Source: an uncultured Chlamydiae bacterium
GTDB taxonomy: Bacteria > Chlamydiota > Chlamydiia > Chlamydiales > JAJFMA01
Direction: 5' to 3'
Assembly (NCBI GenBank): GCA_963713615.1
Contig: CAVQMM010000001.1
Span: 1,440,001-1,504,000 of the forward strand
Length of the DNA stretch: 64,000 bases
Shown in pieces: positions 21,137 to 31,221 of the stretch. The position numbers were made by a program, and so were the translations under genes. Below the pieces are notes generated by a model. The model searched no databases. It saw only the letters and a program-made list of their open reading frames with translations, and was not told the DNA's origin. How positions within the stretch are numbered: the first letter of the stretch is position 1; every line of letters begins with the position of its first letter.

Positions 21137-22543
21137 ATGGATAATACAAGCGGTATATTGCGATTTTTTCAGTCGATTTGTCGATTTAACTTTGGAAATT
21201 TCGAGAAAGAGGAATTTAAAAAATTTCTCAGGATGGGTGTAATTTTTGCACTAATGATTGGGGTGTATTGGACGTTACGTCCGCTTAAAGATGCAGTGTT
21301 TATTCAACTCGTAGACAAATTGCAGCTCCCTTTCGCAAAAACTGTCTCTGTTCTTGCTCTTTTGCCACTGGTGATGTTCTATACGAGGTTGCTTGAAAAG
21401 ACCTCAAGGGAAAAGATGCTGGTTATTCTACCCATTTTCTATGGAGTCGCAGTTGTTATTTTTAGCTTTTTGATGATGTGGTTTCAGGCCCCTGCTGAGA
21501 CAATAGCCAGTCGTCCATTCTTTTTCTTGGCCGCTACCAAGGTGGTTGGTTACCTGTTTTACGTTTTCGTAGAAAGTTTTGGCTCTTTGGTAATCGCCCT
21601 CTTTTGGGCATTTGCAACCGACACAACAACTGCGGGGCCAGCAAAAAAAGGCTTTCCCCTTGTAGTTGCCATTGGTCAAATGGGAGGAATCATTTTTCCC
21701 TATAGCATAGGAGGGCTTCCTCATCGACTGGGACTATCTACAGACGCATTATCTATGATGTGTTTGGGAGTTCTAACGCTACTCATCGTGCCTATGGTGC
21801 GATACTTTTTGCGAGCTACCCCAAGTCATCTACTCACCTCTTTTCATGGAAAAAACGAAACGGTAGTAGAAAGCAAGCAAGAACCTGGATTTTTAGAAGG
21901 GTTAAAACTTCTCCTCAAAAATCGATATCTTCTTGGCATTTTTGCTGCGAATTTCATCTATGAAGTCGTAGTGACTATTTTTGACTTTAATTTCAAAATA
22001 TCGGCCAGCTCTGAATATTCAGGCGTTGCACTCAGCAATTATCTAAGCATTTATGGCTCAAGTGTGAATATTGTGTCTTTGCTCTGTCTTTTACTTGGAA
22101 TTAGCAACGTAACCCGATTTCTCGGTGTGGGCGTCGCATTGGCGGCAATGCCTATTATCGTTGGAGGAGCTCTCTTGGGCTTTTTAAGCTTGAATTCCCT
22201 CACATTCCTCTTTGCTCTCATGGTGGGTTCAAAAGCCATTAATTACGCACTCAATGGCCCAGCTCTTAAACAGCTCTATATCCCGACAACCCCGGATGTA
22301 AAATTTAAAGCACAAGCGTGGATAGAGACATTCGGTTCGCGATCATCTAAACAAGCAGGATCGATGTTCAATATGTCCTTGGCACCCCTTCAAACCGCTT
22401 TCGGGACATTGGCAGGCAAATCGCATTACCTGATGCTAAGCGGAGCTTTGTGCTTCCCCTTATTGGGCTTATGGTTGGTCATTGCGATCTTCTTGGGAAG
22501 ATCTTTTCGAAAAGCCGTCCATGGAAATACTGTCATTTGTTGA
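21137..22543 (+). CDS. Npt/TLC-family nucleotide transporter (ATP/ADP translocase-like)
   Basis: Multi-TM protein; YWTLRPLKDA, LFWAFA, LYIPT..D.KFKA..WIE..G.R motifs. Confidence 0.8.
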   Translation: MDNTSGILRFFQSICRFNFGNFEKEEFKKFLRMGVIFALMIGVYWTLRPLKDAVFIQLVDKLQLPFAKTVSVLALLPLVMFYTRLLEKTSREKMLVILPIFYGVAVVIFSFLMMWFQAPAETIASRPFFFLAATKVVGYLFYVFVESFGSLVIALFWAFATDTTTAGPAKKGFPLVVAIGQMGGIIFPYSIGGLPHRLGLSTDALSMMCLGVLTLLIVPMVRYFLRATPSHLLTSFHGKNETVVESKQEPGFLEGLKLLLKNRYLLGIFAANFIYEVVVTIFDFNFKISASSEYSGVALSNYLSIYGSSVNIVSLLCLLLGISNVTRFLGVGVALAAMPIIVGGALLGFLSLNSLTFLFALMVGSKAINYALNGPALKQLYIPTTPDVKFKAQAWIETFGSRSSKQAGSMFNMSLAPLQTAFGTLAGKSHYLMLSGALCFPLLGLWLVIAIFLGRSFRKAVHGNTVIC

Positions 22544-22721
22544 GATAAGAGACATCGCTTTCGATTATGAGAGCGACGTTTGTTTTATCATCATGAGGCA
22601 CTTTGGCCTCCCAGTCAAAGATGGCATTGATTTAAGGGAGGGTTTTGCAAAAAAATCCTCCTTTTTATTAGCTCAGCAAAACCCTCCCTAAAGTCACCCT
22701 CGGAACCCCCTATTAGATGGC

Positions 22722-23776
22722 TTATAATTTATCACTTTGCAGCCCCCGAACTATCCTCTGACTTTTCAAAATTTCCTCTTTGGACTTTCGAAAATCTTCC
22801 TGCAGGATCTGAAGGGGATGGTTTAGCGTAATTGGCATGAGTTGCCCCTGTTCTAAAATCACCATTCGATCATTGGGGATCTTTTCCTCATTTTGCTTTG
22901 CTTGAGCAGTATAGCCATTGCTGCTAAGAAATTGGTTGTACTCCCAAGCAAGCTTTTGCTGAGGAGTCATACTTTTTCGATTTTCCTTGGGAAGCTCAGG
23001 GAGGCTAGGCTGTTGACAAACCCACATCATCAGCCCGATGGGGCTGTCGACATTGTGCTTTCTTCTTACAAATTCCGCAGCATGAGCCACACGATGTTCG
23101 CTATAGCACATCAGGGATCTCTTTTCCTGATCGCTCAAATCCAATCCATCCAGGCATTTGTAAAAAGTGCGCGAATAGGCTGCTGCAGCTCTTTTTCTTC
23201 TTCTTTTTCTTCTTCCTTTGTTAGTGGTTCTGGATTGGTTCTCGATTGGTTTCTATCCGGTTCTTTTGTGGTTTTTTGGTGGTTGTTAACTGGTTCTTTG
23301 GTTGGTTCTTTTTCTCGATTTTTCATTGACAAATCTGATGGTTCTTTTGATGGTTCCCATGTGGTTTCTTTTTGGTTCTCTAGTGGTTGCTGAATGGTTT
23401 TCGCGTGGCTGTAATTTGGTTCTTTTTCTAAGGCTGTGCACGCCTTTATAGGCCCTTCATCCGATTCAGCATTGATGTCAAAAATGGCTTTGTTAGTGAG
23501 AACTGCAATAGTCCCTTGATTGGTTTTTCGGAAAGTCGCAAGGCCGTGTGCTTCAAGTCTCAGTACCGCATCACGGTATTGCTGCCTGGACAAACCAATC
23601 TTTTTATGATCGCCAACGAGTGCTTCGTTAGCCTTGAGTTGATAGATTGAATAAGCGGGATCCATCCGGTTTGCACGCAAAGCAATCTGCGTCAACAACG
23701 CGAAAGCTGGAAGGCTGAGTTCTAAAAGCGCAAGTCCCTCTCGATAAAGTTTTACGAATCCTTCGGAAGTTATCAT
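22722..23776 (-). pseudogene. Phage/ICE replication-initiator-like gene, split into two overlapping ORFs
   Basis: N-terminal FVKLYR plus HTH-like region and a KEP/TK-rich linker typical of O-like initiators; ORFs 23135-23776 and 22722-23144 overlap. Confidence 0.5.
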
Positions 23777-24065
23777 GGCTGTACTGCGATTTTAGCGTTT
23801 TCCTGGACTTCGGGCTCCTTTTTCCGGGGTCTGTATTTTTTCTCAGATACCCACTTGAAAAAAGCCTTCTCATCAATGAGCCAGGTTCGATTAGGTCGCT
23901 TTAAGACCTTAGCAAACCCATTTTCATTTCGAAAAAAGATCAAGTGGCGCATTCCACCGACTGGAGGCCACTCATGAAACTCATTCCATTTCGAACAGGG
24001 ATGAACCGTGTCTGTTTTGGCTCTGTAGCCACTTCGTCTATATTTTTTGATCTATCGTTTTTCAT
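23773..24065 (-). pseudogene. Excisionase-like small DNA-binding protein with one frameshift (not in the ORF track)
   Basis: Hand translation gives MKNDRS...RFIPV then, after a frameshift, KWNEFHEWPPVGGMRHLIF...NGF...LIDEKAFFKW; AGAGGAG RBS; stop overlaps the next ATG. Confidence 0.55.
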
Positions 24066-24180
24066 TTCGCACTCCTCTGCTATTGCAGTTTGAATTTAAT
24101 AACCGCATTTTACGGCGACCTATCGTCATGAAAAAATGGCGCCGGTGGAAAAACCGTAAAATGCGTTGAATAGCAGTGAG

Positions 24181-24726
24181 TTATAAATGATTGAAATAGG
24201 AAGAGAAATCGAAAGAAAGCTTCTGATAGCTGTCTTTTTTAGGACGGCCATTTCTATCCCGCCTGCTTTGCGAAGGCTCTTCATTTATGGGAATAGCTGA
24301 ATCGATGACCCAGCCGTAAACGGTCTTGAAAGGATATTTCCGCACCTTCGAGCAATGCTTGTAGATGATCTGTGCCATTTGACGGTTGGACAGTTGAGAA
24401 AAATCCCTTCGCAGTTTTCTTGCTGCGCTCCAAGCAAAGAGCTTATCTTCCCTTTCTTGAGCGGGTCGCCTTTTGGCGAAGACCGCCTTCCCTTGCAAAA
24501 GAAGCCAAGCTTCCGTAAGCAAAGGAGCGACATACAAGCCTTCTCGTTTCACTTCTTTGTCTTCGATAGCGTCGTCTTTTAGCCGCCCCTTATGGACCAG
24601 CTTCAGCCAATCGACAGGCAAGGCAGCCCGAACATTCTTGCCATATTCTGAGCAGAAGGAATGGACCGCAATTCTTCCCTCTTCAAAACAGCTTTTGAAA
24701 AGCTCGTAGTACTTTTCAAAATCAGA
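24181..24726 (-). pseudogene. Hypothetical protein, 5'-truncated at REP-B
   Basis: The ORF's apparent N terminus is translated REP sequence. Confidence 0.55.
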
Positions 24727-24829
24727 GCTGGGGGTCAAGCTGGGGGTCAGGCCTGACACTATGACACTTGAGGCTGGGGTCAGGCCTGACACTAGAGGCT
24801 GGGGTCAGGCCTGATACTATGACACTTGT
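24727..24829 (+). repeat. REP-B stuttered array
   Basis: Four units starting GCTGGGG(G)TCA with variable 3' length; palindrome GTCAGGCCTGAC. Confidence 0.9.
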
Positions 24830-24919
24830 GTATATAAAATAAGGGGCTGGCGTAGCACAAATAAATTTATGGAAACGGCGCTTGATCTAACCTTCGATGT
24901 TATGGAAATGCCAAGCCCA

Positions 24920-25624
24920 CTAGCTATTGGCCATGGCCAAAATGAACTCAGCCTTAAGGCCATCCACCTCGCTTCGTAATGCACTAGATTCTTGCATTCT
25001 GCTTTCTAACCGTGCTGCGGCCTTGCTCATACCACTGGCTTCTCGATTACAGAAATCTGCTAACTCCTGCAGACTAACGCCCTGTGCATCTCTCATGATT
25101 AAAGCCATAACTGATCGGATATGTGAGATTTTGCGGTCCATATTAGGTAATCGTAGCATTTCTTCATGAATGTTATAGTGCTCCGTGATGAAAGAAAGAA
25201 TGCTTGGAAAGTCGATGGTCAGAGGATAGCCCATTGAATGGTCCATCCGTTCTCGCTCTTTTTCAATGAAATCATCATCGCCCAAAATCCCGTCACTAAA
25301 GCCATTTTTAAAATCGATATCCGGATCTCGGTTCATACCTGCGTTAACGTACTCGTGAAATGCGATTACAGCCTCACTGCGTAACTTGCCAAAATGCTGC
25401 AGACAATCGTCTATTGAGAGCCATGCATATTCTTCCTTCATCAGATATGCCTGATGACTGCTCCATCGATAATTCGAAGGATCATCCACCATCCTTGCAC
25501 GCACCGGATTCAAGTGGATGTATCGGACGAGTTCTTTGAGATAGCGGCGACTATCCACGAGTACCGATTTAAATCTCCCCTGAAATAAGTGTCCAATGGT
25601 TTTGCGACGCTGATTAAAAAATAA
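24920..25624 (-). pseudogene. 5'-truncated tandem copy of the RAYT gene
   Basis: 24795-25624 matches 25656-26485 (offset 861); the break abuts REP-B at 25625. Confidence 0.9.
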
Positions 25625-25690
25625 GCTGGGGGTCAGGCCTGACACTATGACACTTGAGGCTGGGGTCAGGCCTGATACTATGACACTTGT
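25625..25690 (+). repeat. REP-B array
   Basis: Two GCTGGGG(G)TCAGGCCTGA[CT]ACTATGACACTTG units. Confidence 0.9.
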
Positions 25691-25780
25691 GTATATAAAA
25701 TAAGGGGCTGGCGTAGCACAAATAAATTTATGGAAACGGCGCTTGATCTAACCTTCGATGTTATGGAAATGCCAAGCCCA

Positions 25781-26737
25781 CTAGCTATTGGCCATGGCCA
25801 AAATGAACTCAGCCTTAAGGCCATCCACCTCGCTTCGTAATGCACTAGATTCTTGCATTCTGCTTTCTAACCGTGCTGCGGCCTTGCTCATACCACTGGC
25901 TTCTCGATTACAGAAATCTGCTAACTCCTGCAGACTAACGCCCTGTGCATCTCTCATGATTAAAGCCATAACTGATCGGATATGTGAGATTTTGCGGTCC
26001 ATATTAGGTAATCGTAGCATTTCTTCATGAATGTTATAGTGCTCCGTGATGAAAGAAAGAATGCTTGGAAAGTCGATGGTCAGAGGATAGCCCATTGAAT
26101 GGTCCATCCGTTCTCGCTCTTTTTCAATGAAATCATCATCGCCCAAAATCCCGTCACTAAAGCCATTTTTAAAATCGATATCCGGATCTCGGTTCATACC
26201 TGCGTTAACGTACTCGTGAAATGCGATTACAGCCTCACTGCGTAACTTGCCAAAATGCTGCAGACAATCGTCTATTGAGAGCCATGCATATTCTTCCTTC
26301 ATCAGATATGCCTGATGACTGCTCCATCGATAATTCGAAGGATCATCCACCATCCTTGCACGCACCGGATTCAAGTGGATGTATCGGACGAGTTCTTTGA
26401 GATAGCGGCGACTATCCACGAGTACCGATTTAAATCTCCCCTGAAATAAGTGTCCAATGGTTTTGCGACGCTGATTAAAAAATAATGCGTACCTAAAAGA
26501 TAGATTTTGACAGATCTTCGATAACGAAATTTCGTTCAGCTGGATCGCCAAATGTATATGATTGGTCATGAAGCAGAATGCCAGAATGCGATGCCTATAT
26601 CGTTCAATACCCTCTTGCATTAGTAGACAGAATCGACAGCGTTCTGCGTCTGATGAGAAAATGGCCTGACCATTATTCCCTCTCAGCATCACATGATACG
26701 TAGCGCCGGGAGAAAAGTGTCGTTGTCGTCTCGCCAT
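25781..26737 (-). CDS. REP-associated tyrosine transposase (RAYT/TnpA-REP, Y1 HUH) with C-terminal HTH-like extension
   Basis: YHVMLRGN, MTNHIHL (HUH), GHLFQGRFKS, YIHLNPVRA, YRWSSH; flanked by inverted REPs. Confidence 0.93.
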   Translation of the reverse strand: MARRQRHFSPGATYHVMLRGNNGQAIFSSDAERCRFCLLMQEGIERYRHRILAFCFMTNHIHLAIQLNEISLSKICQNLSFRYALFFNQRRKTIGHLFQGRFKSVLVDSRRYLKELVRYIHLNPVRARMVDDPSNYRWSSHQAYLMKEEYAWLSIDDCLQHFGKLRSEAVIAFHEYVNAGMNRDPDIDFKNGFSDGILGDDDFIEKERERMDHSMGYPLTIDFPSILSFITEHYNIHEEMLRLPNMDRKISHIRSVMALIMRDAQGVSLQELADFCNREASGMSKAAARLESRMQESSALRSEVDGLKAEFILAMANS

Positions 26738-26802
26738 AAGCACTCCCACTTTGATGTTCGTAAAATATTTATTTGGATTTGAGAGCTTACAACGAATCAA
26801 AA

Positions 26803-26864
26803 GGTACGTCAAGTGTCATAGTGTCAGGCCTGACCCCACCATAGTGTCAGGCCTGACCCCACCA
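26803..26864 (-). repeat. REP-B array in inverted orientation
   Basis: CAAGTGTCATAGTGTCAGGCCTGACCCCACC plus a shorter copy with the same outer end. Confidence 0.9.
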
Positions 26865-27030
26865 TCCCTCTTCCATTTTTAGCGAGAGTCTTCGATCTAA
26901 ATGACCTATCAAAGCACTGACCGCCCTTCATCCGAATGCGCACTCGATAAGTTTGGCAATGCCTATGAGTCCTCACGATAATTCCTCTGAGATCATTTTC
27001 CGTTTTTTCCAAGCTTTCTTTCTGCTCCAT
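26865..27030 (-). pseudogene. Tyrosine integrase N-terminal remnant
   Basis: YRVRIRMKG....RSF.SKT.AK arm-binding-type N terminus, cut at REP-B. Confidence 0.55.
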
Positions 27031-27308
27031 GTTTGCTCCTATTGTTATAGCACGAGTTTAGTTGTAAACGATCGAATTCTATTGCAAACTGTTGGAACGA
27101 AAAATGGCGTCGGTGGAAAAATTTTAGAGGATCATACTACTCTACGAAGATTAAAACGACGCAAGCATCTGATTTGTAATAGCTTTGAATTCTCAACTGT
27201 TCGCTATAACCAGCTGTTCAATATATAATGAACAGTTCCAGATAGTGAACAAGCGAAGGCTTATGAATAAAAACTACAGCAAAGAAATCCGCGAATAATA
27301 GGAGTGAC

Positions 27309-28733
27309 TTACGGCTTGTCTAGCACATGTTTAAAATCAATGATTGCAGAAAAAAAGTCGCTTTCTACTACGGTTTCATCAACTCCATTCACATGAATCA
27401 AAACAGGTCGTATTGATATATTTTTAGGTAGAGTTAAACTACGAATTTTTTGTTTTATCTCATCAACAACACTTCTCGTAAGCTCTTGACTACTAAATTT
27501 AATTTCACACAAATAACACGTTCCGAATTTTGTTTGAATCATGTAATCAATTTGACAACCTGACCGACCTTTAGCTTTACGTTGGAAAAATGGATTGTCA
27601 TTCACAATCTCAGAGGGATCAATATTGAGAATATGTTGTATTGCCTTGCGATTGCTGAGTACAAGATTTTCAAATTGCAACCCCATTGCCGATTGCCATT
27701 GAGGTAACAGCTTTAATCCCTGTCTTGCGATTTTCTTTTTATTTGGCTCGATATACTTCAAATAAAACCTTAAATAATTGTCTTTAAGTCGATAATGACT
27801 CAACTTTGAATCTTTCCCTGTTTTAAGATGCCATGTAAAATCTTGAGAAACAAACCCTGCAGTGACTAGATCTTCCATATATCTAGAAGTCACCCCACTT
27901 TTTTCGACGTTTAAAGCTGTATAGATATCTTTAAGCTCACACGGACCTTCAGCAAGTCTTTCGACAATTTTTTTGTAAATCGCACTTCTATTTGAGAACA
28001 AATCCGAAAAAATTCGCTCAAACTCACTAAAAAGAAATCCTTCTTTTCGAAAGCACAGTTTTTGAATATTATCCTCAGCGCTTTGATTAGGTACGATTTC
28101 TTCAAGATAGCGAGGAACTCCGCCAATGACTGAAAGAACCTTTAGTTTATCAAAAGCGGACACCCTTCTCTCTTCTGCATTCCAAAATTCGTTACATTCA
28201 TAAAGCGGAAGTTCTTCTAAAACAATATCTAAAGAAATTCTCCCAAAAAAACCTGTGCTGCTAAGAATGTTTTCTTCTATCCAACTTGAAATTGATCCGC
28301 ACAATATGAGGATCAACTGAGGGTTATTCTTAAAATAGAGATCCCAAGCTGTTTTAAGCTTTCCTAAAAACGTAGGATCTTTTGAACCCATCCAACTGAT
28401 TTCATCTAAAACAAGAACGATTTTTCCTTTTTGAGCATGTTGCGCTAGATGCCAAAATAAATCTCCCCAGTCATCAGCTCTTGGAAGAGGGATTTTCATT
28501 TCACGTTGTAATTGTCGAGCAAATTCCTCTCTTTGATCGGCAGCTGAAATGTTATTGGTGGGAGGAAGCCCAGAAAATACATAGTGAGGTATTTTGCTAG
28601 CAAATTCTTGAGCTAAACGACTCTTTCCGATACGTCGTCTACCCCGAATAACAACAAGGCTCGACGCTTTTTTCTTAAAAAGCTCCTGTAACATCTGAAG
28701 CTCTCTTTTGCGTCCCACAAACGTATGCAGCAT
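27309..28733 (-). CDS. Archaeal-type AAA ATPase with C-terminal PD-(D/E)xK-like (DUF234-like) domain
   Basis: FVGRKREL, GRRRIGKS, LDEISW, GGVPRYL, QID...CEIKFS motifs. Confidence 0.85.
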   Translation of the reverse strand: MLHTFVGRKRELQMLQELFKKKASSLVVIRGRRRIGKSRLAQEFASKIPHYVFSGLPPTNNISAADQREEFARQLQREMKIPLPRADDWGDLFWHLAQHAQKGKIVLVLDEISWMGSKDPTFLGKLKTAWDLYFKNNPQLILILCGSISSWIEENILSSTGFFGRISLDIVLEELPLYECNEFWNAEERRVSAFDKLKVLSVIGGVPRYLEEIVPNQSAEDNIQKLCFRKEGFLFSEFERIFSDLFSNRSAIYKKIVERLAEGPCELKDIYTALNVEKSGVTSRYMEDLVTAGFVSQDFTWHLKTGKDSKLSHYRLKDNYLRFYLKYIEPNKKKIARQGLKLLPQWQSAMGLQFENLVLSNRKAIQHILNIDPSEIVNDNPFFQRKAKGRSGCQIDYMIQTKFGTCYLCEIKFSSQELTRSVVDEIKQKIRSLTLPKNISIRPVLIHVNGVDETVVESDFFSAIIDFKHVLDKP

Positions 28734-28940
28734 ATTTTTATCCTGTATTTTGGTGATGAATTTATCATAACAAAAACACATCACAAAATCAATATTTTTC
28801 GTTTTGGTGATGTACATAAATCAAGGTCTATGCTAAAAAAGAAGTCGTTTAGCAAAATTCTTTCTTGGCGAGGTCTTCTTGCAGAAAAGACATAAGCGAC
28901 ACATATTAAAAGACTTGTTTTTATTAAAAAAGGAAATTAC

Positions 28941-29771
28941 ATGTCAAATACTTCACTTGAGGCAGCAATAGGAGGAGCCGTAGGAGGCTTTGTTTCTGTT
29001 TTAACCACCAATGCCCTTACCTGGGTTTCACATCGTCTGCAATTAACACAGGGTAAAGCTGAAAAAAACATCAAAAAGTTTACGAAAAAACTATCTCACA
29101 GGCTTGAAAGACTTGAATATGAACTGGATGAATTAAAAAAATCTGTCTTTCAAGACGCCTTAGAATCACCCAATACTGCATTTTTGTTTGAAAAAGCAAT
29201 AAGGGAATCAGCTGCTACTGATTGTGATGAGAGACATGCTCTTTTAGCTGAGCTAATTGCACAACGCCTTAGTGCTGGAGGTGAAGACATGATTGCTTTA
29301 GCGGGTAATACAGCGTGCGGTCTTATCAATTTCCTTTCCGTCCGACAAATTAATCTCCTAGCACTACTAGCAGTCTTGTATGAAGTACGACCATTACAAA
29401 AACAAACAACTCCTCAAGACGTTGACCAGGCTAGTCGGTACATCTTAAATTGGTGGGAGTCTCAATTATCTAAAACTTTGCAAAACTTTGATATTAAAAC
29501 GATAAATAGGCTTGATATTGAACATCTAGCCTCTTTAGGCTGTCTAAGAATTAGTATTGGTTCAAAAAGTTTTAAGTCGATTATATCTTCTAATATTCTC
29601 GATAAAGACATTGCCCTTTCTGAAAACCTCTTAAATTCTGCTTCCTGGTATACCTCGTTAAAATCGCAAGAAAATTCGTTAAGTCATTGCAGTTTGACCA
29701 CTACAGGAATTTTGATTGGAATATTGCATTTCGACAGTTTAAATAACACGAAAACGGTCATAAACTGGTAA
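28941..29771 (+). CDS. Hypothetical protein (LPO_1073/Vpar_1526-like)
   Basis: LLAELIAQR, LSVRQINLL, D.EHL..LGC, LT..G..IG pattern. Confidence 0.55.
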   Translation: MSNTSLEAAIGGAVGGFVSVLTTNALTWVSHRLQLTQGKAEKNIKKFTKKLSHRLERLEYELDELKKSVFQDALESPNTAFLFEKAIRESAATDCDERHALLAELIAQRLSAGGEDMIALAGNTACGLINFLSVRQINLLALLAVLYEVRPLQKQTTPQDVDQASRYILNWWESQLSKTLQNFDIKTINRLDIEHLASLGCLRISIGSKSFKSIISSNILDKDIALSENLLNSASWYTSLKSQENSLSHCSLTTTGILIGILHFDSLNNTKTVINW

Positions 29772-29920
29772 AGCTTTCATTAAAAAGCAAATTTCCGTGG
29801 ACCATTTGTGGACCACTGGCATACAAAAAAGAGCAACAAATCACGACAGTTCGCAGTAGCTCGAAAGGCTGACTTTCCGCTATGATTTCGGGGAGTTAGC
29901 TGCTGAGAAGTGGCGTGGGG

Positions 29921-29970
29921 GCAGCGGACTCATAATCCGTTGGTCGCAGGTTCAAGTCCTGCTTGCCCCA
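29921..29970 (+). other. att site: 3' fragment of tRNA-Ile2(CAT)
   Basis: Anticodon arm GCGGA-CTCATAA-TCCGT and T arm GCAGG-TTCAAGT-CCTGC present; D arm and 5' acceptor strand absent. Confidence 0.88.
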
Positions 29971-30254
29971 TCTCCTCCAAAAACACTCCTAAAGTCGCTT
30001 TCGTGCATTTCTGAAGCAACACGTTGGATCAAATTTACGCACTATTTACGCACTCGACTGCAACAATGTAAAATACATGGTCAGCCGTAAAACGAAGCAA
30101 GTGGCTAGCTGTGCTTCCGTGTCCAGACCTACTTATTACATCCAAGATCAAATTATGCTTGCCATCCCTATCCATCACTACGCACCTCACTGATGTAGTC
30201 GAAAAGCCACCTTCTTGCTTGAAATAGATCTCTTTTAGGTATATAATGTAAGAT

Positions 30255-30539
30255 ATGAACGAAACACCATGGACTGTGGCCCTTGTTGGGCAGGCCAAGA
30301 AAGCACCTCAAAATCTATCTCAGATCGCTCTTCGATCATTGGCCTCGCTACTTGAAGAAATGAGACGGCTGGGGCCTCAACGACATGAGTGGTCTCACTT
30401 TGGCAAGCTAGGACCGGATACCTATCACTGCCATCTAAAGAGCGGGCGACCGACGTATGTGGCATGTTGGACGGTCTACAAAAAGGCAAAATTAATAGAG
30501 GTATATTATGCGGGCACACACGAGAAAGCTCCGTACTGA
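30255..30539 (+). CDS. RelE/ParE-like toxin
   Basis: YHCHLKSGRPTYVACW...IEVYYAGTHEKAPY; overlaps the downstream HTH gene. Confidence 0.7.
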   Translation: MNETPWTVALVGQAKKAPQNLSQIALRSLASLLEEMRRLGPQRHEWSHFGKLGPDTYHCHLKSGRPTYVACWTVYKKAKLIEVYYAGTHEKAPY

Positions 30540-30801
30540 AAGCCAGAAAAAAGAAGACGACAAGCCCATCATCTGGGGTGACGATGTCTTTAAGGAATGG
30601 TTTGGTGATATCCCCAAAGCATCTGTGATGTTGAAGGGACTGCGGAATAGGGAAGGACTAACACAACATGAGCTGGGCGAAACCCTGGGCATTCCGCAAA
30701 CGAATATCTCTCAAATGGAACGTGGTGTAAGGTCGATTGGTAAACAGCTTGCCAAGCGTTTTGCTGCTTTCTTTAAGACCGATTACCGCCTTTTTCTTTA
30801 A
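30508..30801 (+). CDS. XRE-family HTH antitoxin
   Basis: LRNREGLTQ.ELG..LGIPQ.NISQMERG. Confidence 0.8.
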   Translation: MRAHTRKLRTESQKKEDDKPIIWGDDVFKEWFGDIPKASVMLKGLRNREGLTQHELGETLGIPQTNISQMERGVRSIGKQLAKRFAAFFKTDYRLFL

Positions 30802-30863
30802 CCATGTCGATTCTTTCCTGTGACTCCTCGATTCACCTACCCAGCCAAATCAAAGGAACGCAA

Positions 30864-30964
30864 GGCTAGGGGGCAGACGTGACTTGTTGACTTGTTTATC
30901 GTACGAGAAACCTCGGTTGAGAAATCCAGTGGAATTTCTGACAAACATTTACGCCTGCCCTAGC
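30864..30964 (+). repeat. REP-A doublet
   Basis: GGCTAGGGGGCAGACGTGACTTGTTGACTT...ACGCCTGCCCTAGC. Confidence 0.8.
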
Positions 30965-31221
30965 ATCACATCTTGGAATGCTCCAGCGCCACTCCCGATC
31001 TCTAAGTCACCAAAAAACTCACTAAACACATCTCAGAAAAGATTCTTCAAGAAGTTGCACCCATGACCTCAAGCAATGTAGAGGTCAATTGTCGCATCAC
31101 CAATGCGATAATTTAACGCTAGATTACAGATTGTCATATCGCAGACAATCCAGCAAGCTCCATGTAGGCACAATAGGATTGATTTAATAGCCCAAAATTG
31201 GGATAATTAGGATTGAGGGGA

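Larger units (their letters stand above)
10540..29970. mobile_element. tRNA-integrated genomic island 2 (decayed integrative element)
   Basis: Bounded by identical 42-bp tRNA fragments; GTGGACCA-NNN-GTGGACCA sites near both ends; integrase remnant, excisionase-like and replication-like genes. Confidence 0.8.

Noticed and set aside
24727..24792. MSGLTP-repeat N termini of ORFs 24181-24792 and 24920-25645
   Set aside because: Translated REP-B sequence, not genuine starts
29895..29970. Complete tRNA gene
   Set aside because: No D arm or correctly placed 5' acceptor strand; only the 3' part is present
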